Shown here one piece after another: positions 10,533 through 21,612 of a stretch of DNA of 40,143 nt. Position 1 is the stretch's first letter. Each line of letters opens with the position of its first letter. The stretch lies in contig NC_068987.1 in NCBI RefSeq assembly GCF_001194135.2, forward strand, positions 11,153,667 through 11,193,809. The letters are read 5' to 3'. A program made the translations under genes and the position numbers. The notes beneath the pieces are model-generated. The model did not search any database. It was not told the DNA's origin and saw only the letters and a list, made by a program, of their open reading frames with translations. This DNA comes from Octopus bimaculoides (Eukaryota).

Positions 10533-12619
10533 TCGGTTTTTGCAGGTGGGTCGGAGGGTGTCGGGCCAGCCAGGGTCGATTGTCTTCAGGGTGGGAGGGG
10601 TGGTGAAACGATAAAAAAAAAGTTGGATCTCTTCTTTATATAACGTTTACAACAGATCATTAGTTAAGAAAAGTATTCGTTGTTTATTCATTTTAACATT
10701 TTAAGTGGCAGAAAGAGAGAGAGAGAGAGACAGAGAATCTAGTGTTTGTCTAGTGTTGATGGGCGTTGCTTCTTCTTTTTCTTCTTTCTTTCTTTCCTAC
10801 ACATTTAGTACACAATCTGCCACTCTGCAAATCTAGTTTCTCTAGATGGGCCGTGGCTACAAAATATTTGGTTGCTTAAAAGTAGGTTACTGGTAACAAT
10901 ATCTGATTAAGCTGCCCAAACAGTCCCCACTTACAGGAAGTAACCAAACTAACTTGATACTGTTTATCTTTTGATGAAGCTAACGAAGGTCATTGTTTTC
11001 CTTGTTCGTTTTGTTGTTGCTGTCATTGATCATAATTACTGACAATAGATAATTCATTTTCTGAATTCCCCTTAATAAGATTTCCTTTACATCTCCCTCT
11101 TTCTCTCTCTCTTTCTCTCGTTTTTACTTCCTGAATTTTCTTTCATGTCTCAAATATCTTAAAATCTCTTTTCTGTTCTATTATCTAACTTGCACCTTTT
11201 ATCAGTTTTAATTTTCTTTTCTTAATCGCTTGAATAGAAAACCAAAAGTCCTGGCAAATAAACTACACAACCAGTTATGCTTTCTAGTTTTCTATTTATT
11301 TCACTCAAACAAACGACAAACACTTTTCTTAGTCTCACATATTTCCCTTTAAAAGAACGAAACCTTTTTGCTGACTTGGCAAGTGGCAACCAATCGCTTC
11401 TATTTACCCTCTTCTGTAAGTTTATTATAACAAGACATAGCTTGCTCTGTCTGAATGAAAACTATTTTACGCCTCTGCCAACACCACCATCAATGTTAGT
11501 CTTTTTCAGTCTGACATTACGAACCTAAGAACTTCACAACTATAATATAGCATGTGTGTGTGTTTCCTCAAAACCTCTCCAGATTTCCTAAGGGCTGGGT
11601 TTAACTTTCGTTCCATGTTATTAAACAGACGAGAGATGTCTCTCTCCTTGAATAGGGAATCATTCTGTTACTNNNNNNNNNNNNNNNNNNNNNNNNNNNN
11701 NNNNNNNNNNNNNNNNNNNNNNNNNNNNNNNNNNNNNNNNNNNNNNNNNNNNNNNNNNNNNNNNNNNNNNNNNNNNNNNNNNNNNNNNNNNNNNNNNNNN
11801 NNNNNNNNNNNNNNNNNNNNNNNNNNNNNNNNNNNNNNNNNNNNNNNNNNNNNNNNNNNNNNNNNNNNNNNNNNNNNNNNNNNNNNNNNNNNNNNNNNNN
11901 NNNNNNNNNNNNNNNNNNNNNNNNNNNNNNNNNNNNNNNNNNNNNNNNNNNNNNNNNNNNNNNNNNNNNNNNNNNNNNNNNNNNNNNNNNNNNNNNNNNN
12001 NNNNNNNNNNNNNNNNNNNNNNNNNNNNNNNNNNNNNNNNNNNNNNNNNNNNNNNNNNNNNNNNNNNNNNNNNNNNNNNNNNNNNNNNNNNNNNNNNNNN
12101 NNNNNNNNNNNNNNNNNNNNNNNNNNNNNNNNNNNNNNNNNNNNNNNNNNNNNNNNNNNNNNNNNNNNNNNNNNNNNNNNNNNNNNNNNNNNNNNNNNNN
12201 NNNNNNNNNNNNNNNNNNNNNNNNNNNNNNNNNNNNNNNNNNNNNNNNNNNNNNNNNNNNNNNNNNNNNNNNNNNNNNNNNNNNNNNNNNNNNNNNNNNN
12301 NNNNNNNNNNNNNNNNNNNNNNNNNNNNNNNNNNNNNNNNNNNNNNNNNNNNNNNNNNNNNNNNNNNNNNNNNNNNNNNNNNNNNNNNNNNNNNNNNNNN
12401 NNNNNNNNNNNNNNNNNNNNNNNNNNNNNNNNNNNNNNNNNNNNNNNNNNNNNNNNNNNNNNNNNNNNNNNNNNNNNNNNNNNNNNNNNNNNNNNNNNNN
12501 NNNAGGGACAGGTAATATTTTTTAGTAATATCAATTTATACCGAAAATAAATATATATAATGAATATAATAAAAGTTGACAATTTTTTAAAAATCTTATA
12601 TTTGTTTTGTAAACAAATA

Positions 12620-12768
12620 GGCGCAGGAGTGGCTGTGTGGTAAGTAGCTTGCTTACCAACCACATGGTTCCGGGTTCAATCCCACTGCGTGGCACCTTGG
12701 GCAAATGTCTTCTACTATAACCTCGGACTCACCAAAGCCTTTTGAGTGGATTTGGTAGATGGAAACTA
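12620..12768 (+). mobile_element. SINE-B 5' half
   Basis: GGCGCAGGAGTGGCTGTGTGGTAAG...GGGTTCAATCCC (A/B-box-like). Confidence 0.9.
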
Positions 12769-12959
12769 GGATTTGGGGGTCACTTGTAGCCCAATTCCAT
12801 ATCCTCGTAGCTAGTTCAAGTTTAATAGTGAAGTTACTGAACTTCATAAGTGAAATATTGCAGAGAATTAGAGCAACACAATGTCTAGAGGAATCAAATT
12901 CTAGGTTTGCTCAAATGTTGACATTTCTCTGAATCAATGTCATTTGGTTGAGCTTGTTT

Positions 12960-13305
12960 GGTCATTTTTAAACCCATCTACGTTTTCCATCTCAGTCCTG
13001 CATCGAGGGAAGTCTTTTGTGAAGCATTCAGTGTCTCTGGTGAGTTGATCTACATATGTTGTGTTTGGACAATCTGCTCAAGTACGGTCATGCTTTGGCA
13101 TCCATAGCAATGGGTCAACTTGTCACCTCTTGTTTAACTCGCCAGCAATGTCCTGCATAGCGGAAGCAGGTGGAAACAGGCAGGAGATCTCCATACAGCT
13201 GTTTCTTGGTGGGACGAGTTCTCCAAGGTATGTTTAAGACTGCTTTTAAAAGTCAGGTGTTAAGCTTGGATTCCAGTTTTTTTTTGCTAAGTGTCCAGCC
13301 TGTTA
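12960..13305 (-). mobile_element. Degenerate RTE-clade LINE, post-RT C-terminal region
   Basis: Minus-strand translation gives WTLSKK..ESKLN, KAVLNIPWRTRPTKKQLYGDLLPVSTCFRYAGHCWR and TYVDQLTRDTEC. These match RTE motifs (W..HPT...LYG, AGHCWR, TY..QL..DT). Frameshifted. Confidence 0.85.
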
Positions 13306-15777
13306 TCCTGTTTCTCCAACTACCCACAGCTATGTGAGAATATCGGCTAATCTCACGGCTTCTCTGATCCAGATGCCACGAGTAGAGTTTGATCTCCCTA
13401 TGTGACGGCCAACAGCATTATTCGTACATCCAATATTCCACACAAATCTCCCCCCGTATCTGGTGAAGCTAGTTCACTTGTATAGGCTGGCTGATATAAA
13501 GAAAAGAAATCTTGTTTCAGTATATTGATTTTTGCCAACACTGATTTCCCATGCAATAATAATGTTGTTTGCGTATCCACAGATATTGTGATGTTTTAAA
13601 ATAATGGTCTCTCTTGTAATGTCGACTCGATTCTAGTCTCTTGGATCAGTCATACCATTCTTTCCTAATATCGATGTGGTATAATGTTATACTCAGCTCC
13701 CTCCCCGTCGTCACCATACTCGTTTGATTTTATATTTCCCATTTAGTTTCTTCCTGGCGTCGATCGTCGTATGACATCATGTTATACAGTTTTCTCCCAA
13801 TAAACACATGATAGCTGTTATACTTGAAATCTAGTAAATCGTCACCTAGCAATTATATTTTAAAATGGACAACACTGAATCTTTTGTGTATTGAATAATA
13901 ATAATAAAAAAAGAAAGAAGAGAAAGAAAAAGTAAAGCAAGTAACACAATTTCCAATAAAACCTCCTACAAACACCTCTCTTTTGAAACTCAATCAAGCA
14001 TTTTGAACATTACTTTCTCTCCGTAAGATCAGAACACAAGCAACTTTTGTCTGTAATTATACCAGTTTTTAATTTTTCATTTGTATTTATATTGCAGCTA
14101 AAATATATGGACACACTACACAATGCTGCCATACACATAGACACTTACATACTCACATGCACACAATACAAGCAGAAGTATGCCTGTATATGTTCACATA
14201 CAAGAACAGCTTACGTGCATACATAGAGATACAGTATGCATTCGTACACACATACAATATACATGCACATGTTCACACACATGAACAGCATACATGTAGA
14301 CATACAGAACTATAATGCATACATATACATATACACACGCAAACACAATTCAGAGAGAAAAGAGATTATGGTTCTTGTTTGCTTTGTTTGTGTTGCTTTC
14401 TCTTGTCTCTTTACTTCAACCAAGTCTTGCTGTTCTCTTTTGAATGGTAAATCTGTTAGGTCCGCTGCCTTTCAGCATTCTCAGTATACAATTCGATAAT
14501 GCCACTGCCATTCTACATACAGCTTTAGTAATTATAAACCCAGCATATCCGTCTGTTTTGTCGTTGCTGTGCCATTACAATAACAAAAGCAGAATGGGCC
14601 CAACTGCTTGTTATTAACTATATTATTGAGCTGTGACACCTCTGACCTCATCTATCAATCTGGTGAAGGAAAGCTATTCATACCCGACTGTCAATCGATC
14701 TGAGATCAGCTCTGACGCTGCCTCTTTTCCAGAATGCAAGCAAGTTTTACAGCAGTGGAAATTCACACTGCAGAAAATAAATGCTGCTGCATCAGTGATG
14801 AAGACAATAACAACAGCAAGCAACAACAACAATAACAACAACAGCAGCACAACTACTCACTAACAAAGAGAGTGAAATCTCCAATGTATCTTGTTGTATG
14901 TGTTGGTGACGGTGGTGGTGGCGGGGAGAGCTTATTGTTGTTGCTTGTCAACCCCTTTATGTCAGTTGAAAGTACAATATTATCAATAAAATGTGTTCTC
15001 CAGATATGACTTAACACTTAGTGTCTGTTAAATTTGATTTCTGCAAAGCTTTCGTTCTCTTTGTTACTCTTTTGAAATTAACTCGAAAAATATAATGGTG
15101 TTCTTTATGTTGTGTGTTGTTTTTCCATAATCACAACAGAACAGTAAATCTTTCATTGTATTCACTGGCATATTGAATATAAATGCCATTCCACTATCAG
15201 TAATATGGAGTATGCTGTCTTTACAAAAGACTAGAAAAATGGTTTACCATTAGTTTACTATTGATTAATATATTGATTAAAACAAATAATTTCCCACTAG
15301 AATTATGATATAATTTATAATTTTATTGAAAAGAAACAGGAACTGTTTCTACGTTGCTTTCTCAATTCAAACTGCTTCTATAAATTTCCCTCCTTAATGG
15401 CTAACTACTGCCACTGCTATTTTCTTCTTGCCCTTCTGAATCAACCACTGCCGGTATCCCAGCCACCATCCTTACCATATCCACTCGTTGTTTGCTGGGA
15501 AGTTTTGCTGCCTCTGGTCGTATCCATAAGGCTTCTCATTTGAAATAATTCTTAAGCTTCTCACTTTCCGTTATCATTGTTAGAATGCCTGTTTCTCTAT
15601 TGTTTGGTGAGTTTCTAATTCCATGCGTAGAGTAGCTGATTTCTCAAAGGTTTTCGGTTTCAAGTCCACTGCAGATATTTTGTTGTGGACTTGGATTGTG
15701 CACTTATTAATTCCACATGCTGTAGTTGTTGTTCTTTTGAATGAAAATAACAGATATTAGATTATCTGGGATTATAG

Positions 15778-16022
15778 GTGCAGGTATGGCTGTGTGGTTA
15801 AGAAGTTTGCTTCCCAATGACATAGTTCTGGTTTCAGTCCCACCGCCATGGATAAGTGGGACTGAAGTCGACCCCAGCGGAACTTGAACTCAGAACATGA
15901 AGACGTATGAAATACTGCTAAGCATGGGACTGAAGTCGACCCCAGCGGTACTTGAACTCAGAACATGAAGACTGCTAAGCATCTTGCCTGCCATGCTACT
16001 TATTCAACCAGCTTGCCACCTT
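15778..16022. mobile_element. Chimera: SINE-B head (+) folded back and joined to tandemly duplicated SINE-A fragments (-)
   Basis: TTCAGTCCCAC..GTGGGACTGAA inverted repeat. GGGACTGAAGTCGACCCCAGCGG.ACTTGAACTCAGAACATGAAGAC occurs at 15858 and 15926. Confidence 0.75.
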
Positions 16023-16037
16023 ATTAACTAGAAATAT

Positions 16038-16417
16038 GGGTTTCAAATTTTGGCACAAGGCCAAGAATTTTGGGGGAGGGGGTGTTAGTCGATTACATTG
16101 ACCCCAGTGTTCAGCTGATACTTAATTTATTGACCCTCAAAAAAGGATGAAAGGCAAAGTCAACCTTGGTGGAATTTGAACCCAAAGCAGACAGACAAAA
16201 TGCCGCTAAGCATTTTGCCTGGCGTGCTAATGATTCTGCCAGCTCACCGCTTTATTGATTGGAAATATTATCTTTAAAACTAAGGCAGCAAGGTGGCAGA
16301 GCTGTTACAATGCCGGACAAAATGCTTAGCAGCATTTCCTCTGTCTTTACGTTCTGAGTTCAAATACCACCAAGGTTGACTTAGCCTTTCATCCTTTCAC
16401 AGTCGATAAAATAAGTA
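16038..16417. mobile_element. Head-to-head SINE-A pair (- 16038-16252, + 16282-16417)
   Basis: Two family A copies diverge from a ~29-bp spacer. Confidence 0.85.
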
Positions 16418-16429
16418 GTTGGGTAAGTA

Positions 16430-16748
16430 CCTCATACTATAGCACCAGGCTGACCAATGCCTTGTGAGTGGATTTGGTTGACTGAAACTGAAAGATGTCC
16501 ATTTTGTGTCCGTGTCCACGCACACCCTTTGTGTATGTGTTGTCCCCCACCCACATTGCTTGACGACCGGTGTTGGTGTGTTTACGTTCCTGTAATTTAA
16601 CAGTTCGGCAAAAGAGACCGATAGAATAAGTATCAGGCTTTACCAAAGAAATAATAAATACTGGGGCTGATTCATTTGACTAAAATTCTTTAAGGCAGTG
16701 CCCCAACATGGCTGCAATTCAATGACTGAAACAAGCAAAAGATAAAAG
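16430..16748 (+). mobile_element. SINE-B body and 3' end
   Basis: CCTTGTGAGTGGATTTGG...AATGACTGAAACAAG. Confidence 0.85.
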
Positions 16749-16891
16749 ATTATTTTCCAAAGCAGTGTATATCAATGAAAATATGATAAAGAAAAGGTTA
16801 ATTTTTACGCTCCGAAAACTGAGCAAAACACAAGCTTTAAACAACCCCTGAAGACATAAAACATGCTTTTAATACTTTTCCTTTTCTTTAG

Positions 16892-17051
16892 TTCCAGTTC
16901 TGTATCAATATTATTTGTAATGGTCATATTTTTAATGCTTGGCCAGTGTTTAGGTTTTTAGAATTACTAGTACCAATAAAAAGTATTTCACTCCAACACA
17001 ATATTAGCCAATATGCAAATAGCTTTAGAACGACGAGAATTTCATTTCTTG
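16892..17051 (+). CDS. Candidate exon of an unidentified host gene
   Basis: Strong polypyrimidine acceptor (CTTTTCCTTTTCTTTAG at 16891, or TTCCAG at 16897), a stop-free 51-codon frame from 16898, and donor G|GTAAGC at 17052. An alternative frame gives a hydrophobic C-terminus SSSVSILFVMVIFLMLGQCLGF* followed by AATAAA. No homolog recognised. Confidence 0.3.
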
Positions 17052-17282
17052 GTAAGCACTGAATTTATATCTCGTCCATGTCATCTTGTTATTGTTTTTG
17101 TATAGAATTTGATATGGCTAGAAGGAATTTTGGTGTTCGGAAGAAATATTTGTGACAAGTAGTTTAAGCGGATAAATGTTTTGATTCTGTGGTTAATACT
17201 ATGAAGTTTCTAAACATGAAAGAAATTGAAAAGTCTGCAGTACTTTTCACTAAATAACAAAATAGTTTTCAATGTAAAATTG

Positions 17283-17733
17283 ATTTCGAATTTTGGCACC
17301 AGGTCAGGAATTTGGGGGAAGGGGCTATATCAATTAGATTAGCCCACTGCTCAGCTAACACTTATTTTATAGAACCAGAAAAGATGAAAGACAATGTCGA
17401 CCATGGTGGCATTTGAACTCACGATGCAAAAACAAAAGAAATGCTGCTAAGAATTTTTGTCTGCTGCAGTACCAATTCTGTCGGTCTGTTGCCTTAGTTT
17501 TAAATGTAATATTTCCAGCCGGTAAAGTGGTAAGCTGGCAGAATTGTTAGTATGTTGGGCGAAATGCTTAGCAGCATTTCATCTGGCATTATGTTCTGAG
17601 TTCAAATTCCGCTGGGGTCGACTTTGCCTTTCAGGGTCAATGAAATAAGTACCAGTTGACTACTGGGGTCGATGAAATTGATTTGTCCCCTTCCCCCAAA
17701 ATTGCTGGACTTGTGCTAAAATTTGAAACCAAT
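17283..17733. mobile_element. Head-to-head SINE-A pair (- 17283-17495, + 17524-17733)
   Basis: Same architecture as 16038-16417. The spacer is the reverse complement of the first spacer. Confidence 0.85.
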
Positions 17734-17775
17734 ATATCCAGTCAATTGTGTGTGTGCGTGTGTTTGTGTGTTTAA

Positions 17776-17860
17776 CTCTTTAGCATTTAAACCGGCCATA
17801 TCCGGCCAAAAGTATTCTGCCTGTTTTATGTTCAAACTGGCCAGATCTGGTCTCTCACAC
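17776..17860. mobile_element. Left end of piggyBac-type MITE, truncated by a SINE-B head (-, 17862-17975)
   Basis: TTAA-CTCTTTAGCATTTAAACCGGCCATATCCGGCC; homologous to 3136-3230. Confidence 0.75.
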
Positions 17861-18029
17861 CAGCCTTGGTCGGCCCAAGGCTATAGTAGAAGACACTTGC
17901 CCAAAGTGCCACGCAGTGGGACTGAACCCAGAACCATGTGGTTCGTAAGCAAGCTACTTACCACACAGCCACTCTTATATGGATTACAAATAAATAACTT
18001 GTACTGTGTTTTATGCCAAATTATTCCTT

Positions 18030-18685
18030 GATGCAAAACCTGAACAACTCAACAAGAAGCCTATATGTGGTCACCCGTCTTGCTAGAAATAGCAGCCAAA
18101 TCTCTCTCAAATTCTACCTTACTGTTATTGAAAAGGACTTTGCTACATTGTTCCCTGATGCAAAATCTTAACATCCCCAAAAAAGGAGCCTATATGTGGT
18201 CACTCGATCTGCTAGAAATAGCAGCCAAATTTCTCTCAAATACTACCTTCTTGTCTTTGAAAAGAATGCATTGCGTAATGTCGTCTAAATTATAATACGA
18301 CTACAAATGGTTGGATGGTCATGGCCAGAAAATACTTGAGTATTGATTGTTCAATCAGAGACAGTTTGGAGTTAAACCAATAACAACATCAATAATCTAA
18401 ATTGCAATCAGCAACTGTTACATTATCACATACATAGGAAGTCTATTTGTGGTCACTCGTTCTGCCAGAAATAGCAGCCAAGTCTCTCTCATGCTGCAAG
18501 AGTCTCTATAAAAAGAACACATTGGATAATGTAGCTTAAATCATAATATGACTGCAGAAAAAAAGTTGGATGGTCATGCTTGGAAAGTCTTTGAGCATGG
18601 TCTGTTCAATCAGAGATAACTTGGAACTAAACAACATCATCAACAACAATCTGAAAATGTAATCGGCAGTTGTTGTATTATCCTA
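18030..18685 (+). mobile_element. Three tandem diverged copies of repeat family D ((AAC)n-like tail)
   Basis: GCCTATATGTGGTCAC..GCTAGAAATAGCAGCCAAAT at ~18058, 18187 and 18438. Other copies lie at 24545-24630 (+) and 21678-21732 (-). Confidence 0.8.
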
Positions 18686-19165
18686 TATTTTCTCGATAAT
18701 CCATATCTCAGATGGGGAAGAATTTTCATTTTCTAAATAATTGAGTTGATTTTGATAAAAACCACAGAATGAAATTTCTATTCAGATGGCTTCAGTTCCT
18801 TCTATCACTTTGTTGTATCCTATATTCCAATTCCACATTCTTGGCAACAATAGTACAAGCTGTTGTTGTATATCTCTTATATTATCCAGGATATATCAAG
18901 CTGGCCTATTGATCAACAACATTCCAATCTAGATATTTCCATCATTTTTTTTTTTTCCTCTCCATCTTTTATTTTTTTAAAACACTTAGCATGCCTAGGT
19001 CTACATTCGCTTATGCATTCTTCACTTTTAAGACAGCAGGTGTGAAGCGTGGGTGATTTGGCAAGCCAAGTGATCATCTACAACAGAAGCTCGCAACATA
19101 GACGTTACCGTTCCCTTGGGAATCTAGATATTTCCATCATTTTTTTTTTTTCCTCTCCATCTCAT

Positions 19166-19770
19166 GGAGGCGCAATGGCCCAGTGGTTAGAGCAGCAGAC
19201 TCGCGGTCATAGGATCGCGGTTTCGATTCCCAGACCGGGCGTTGTGAGTGTTTATTGAACGAAAACACCTAAAGCTCCACGAAGCTCCGGCAGGGGATGG
19301 TGGCGGACCCTGCTGTACTCTTCCACCACAACTTTCTCTCACTCTTACTTCCTGTTTCTGTTGTGCCTGTAATTCAAAGGGTCAGCCTTGTCACACTGTG
19401 TCACGCTGAATATCCCCGAGAAGTACGTTAAGGGTACACGTGTCTGTGGAGTGCTAAGCCANNNNNNNNNNAATTGAGCGAAAACACCTAAAAAGCTCCA
19501 CGAGGCTCCGGCAGGGGATGGTGGCGGACCCTGCTGTACTCTTCCACCACAACTTTCTCTCACTCTTACTTCCTGTTTCTGTTGTGCCTGTAATTCAAAG
19601 GGTCAGCCTTGTCACACTGTGTCACGCTGAATATCCCCGAGAAGTACGTTAAGGGTACACGTGTCTGTGGAGTGCTAAGCCACTTGCGCGTTAATTTCAC
19701 GAGCAGGCTGTTCCGTTGATCAGATCAACTGGAACCCTCGACGTCGTAAGCGGCGGAGTGCCAACAAATA
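19166..19770 (+). mobile_element. SINE family C with tRNA-like head (Arg-TCG-like), apparently duplicated across a 10-N gap
   Basis: A box TGGCCCAGTGGTTAG, GACTCGCGG anticodon-like loop, B box GGTTTCGATTCCC. 3' parts recur at 24650-24722 and 37850-38030. Possibly an octopus OR-type SINE (unverified). Confidence 0.85.
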
Positions 19771-19877
19771 CGACAATACAATTAAAGAATAAAGATAGTC
19801 TTCCCTACTCTGGGCACAAGGCCCAAAATTTGCGGAGAGGGGGCCCAGTAGATTAGATTGACCCCAGTAAAGATATT

Positions 19878-19940
19878 GTGAGTCGTAAGTCGGAGTCAGT
19901 ATAGTTTTACCAACTCCATGACTCTGACTCCACAGCCCTG
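19878..19940. mobile_element. Terminal fragment of a hAT-like MITE
   Basis: GTCGGAGTC...GACTCTGACTCCACAGCCCTG: CAGGG-type TIR with GGAGTC subterminal repeats. Confidence 0.55.
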
Positions 19941-20084
19941 GAAAATTTCGCTAGATTTCATCAGGGAAGTCATTAACTTGTAATGAATAAAATAAATTTG
20001 CAGCTTTTGTCTTTATTAATTTTTTTTATCATTTCACTATTAAAAGCTTATACAGTCCTTTTTTTGAGTAAAATTTTAAAATTG

Positions 20085-20300
20085 GTTTCAAATTTTGGCA
20101 CAAGGCCAGTAATTTCAGGGGAGGAAGCAAGTTGATTAATTCCCACCTGGTGCTGTACTGATACTTATTTTTATTGACCTTGAAAGGATAAAAGGTAACG
20201 TGAACCTCAGCAGGATTTGAACTCAGAACATAAAAGACAGACAAAATACTGCCAAACGTTTTACCTGGTGTGCTAACAGTTTCTGCCAACTTGCCACCAG
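20085..20300 (-). mobile_element. SINE-A full length (another 3' fragment at 19805-19868)
   Basis: Reverse complement of the family A consensus. Confidence 0.85.
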
Positions 20301-20334
20301 TTTCAAATTTTGGCAATTTTTTAAGAGAGCTGGG

Positions 20335-20710
20335 GGTGCAGGAGTGGCTGTGTGGTAAGTAGCTTGCTTATCAACCACATGGTTCTAGGTTCAATCCCAC
20401 TGCGTGGCACTTTGGGCAAATGTCTTCTATTATACCCTTGGGTGACCAAAGCCTTGTGAGTGGATTTTGTTGATGGAAACTGAAAGAAGCCCATCATATA
20501 TATTTATATGTTTGTGTGTCTGTGTTTGTGCCCTGACCATCATTTGACAACAGTTGCTGGTGTGTTTATGTCTCCATAACTTAGCAGTTCAGCAAAAGGG
20601 TCCAATAGAATAAGTACTAGGCTTACAAAGAATAAGTTCTGGGGGTTGATTTGTCTGACTAAAGGCAGTGCTCCAGCATGGCCATGGTCAAATGACTGAA
20701 ACGAGTAAAA
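20335..20710 (+). mobile_element. SINE-B full length
   Basis: Head through AAATGACTGAAACGAGTAAAA. Confidence 0.9.
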
Positions 20711-20949
20711 TGTTAAGTTTGTTTAGTTTTGATTCCCCACCAGTCACTTTGGGTGGGGCACCAGGCATAACAACTACTTTAATAAAGGGTGGGGAGTGCG
20801 AGCTACAGAAAAAATGGTGAAAAATCACTGAGCTAGAGAGTCTGTCATTGCCTTGAATAGAATTTACCCCCAGTTCAACCATCACTGGACATCCCTCAAT
20901 AGCAATCACGACCATTCCCCATCTTCGTGCTCTTTTCTCTAGGCATATA

Positions 20950-21612
20950 GTTGCAAACATGGCTGTGTTGTTAAGAAGTTTACTTTGCTAGCCACGTGGT
21001 TTCAGGTTCAATTTCACTGTGTGGTATCTTGGGCAAGTGTCTTCCACTATAGCGCCAGGTCAACCAAAGCATTGTTGTGGATTTGGTAGATGGAAACTTT
21101 GTGGAAGCCCATCATGTGTGTGTCTATCTTTGTTTGTGGTTTGTCCCTCAACCAGCCACTTAACAACCTGTGTTGGTTTGTTTACATCCTTGAAACTTGG
21201 TGATTCAATATAAGAGACCAGTGTGCAGCCATGGCTGTGTGGTTAAGAAGCTTGCTTTGTAGCCATGTGGTTTCAGGTTCAGTCCCTCTGTGTGGTACTT
21301 AAGGCAAATGTCTTCTACTATAAGCCCCAGGTTGACCAATGCCTTGTGAGTAAATTTGGTTGATGGAAACTGTGTGGAAGCCCATCATGTGTGTGTCTGT
21401 CTTTATGTTTGTATTTGTCCCCCAACCAGCCGCTTAACAACCTGTGTTGGTTTGTTTACATCCTTGCAACCTGGTGATTCAATATAAGAGACTGGTATGA
21501 ATAACTATCAGGCTTAAAAAGAAAAAAGAAAGAAAGAAGTACAAGGTCAATTTGTTTGACAAAACGCTCCAGCATGGCCACAGTCCAATAGCCTAAACAA
21601 ATAAAACAAAAA
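20950..21612 (+). mobile_element. Tandem pair of diverged SINE-B copies (~274-bp period)
   Basis: Shared derived motif CATCCTTG.AAC.TGGTGATTCAATATAAGAGAC at ~21185 and ~21459. Confidence 0.8.

Noticed and set aside
14680-14860. Minus-strand frame VVVLLLL...AFIFCSVNFHCCKTCLHSG resembling a signal peptide plus Cys-rich peptide
   Set aside because: There is no Met, and the hydrophobic run is the antisense of an (AAC)n/(CAG)n tract. The Cys spacing does not fit complete ShK, PLAC or insulin domains.
19166-19240. tRNA-Arg gene
   Set aside because: It continues into a SINE body that recurs elsewhere and has no proper acceptor stem. It is a SINE head.
19253-19681. Apparent 220-bp tandem duplication inside SINE-C
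   Set aside because: The two copies abut a 10-N placeholder gap and differ at only about 3 sites. This is most likely an unmerged contig overlap or two haplotypes.
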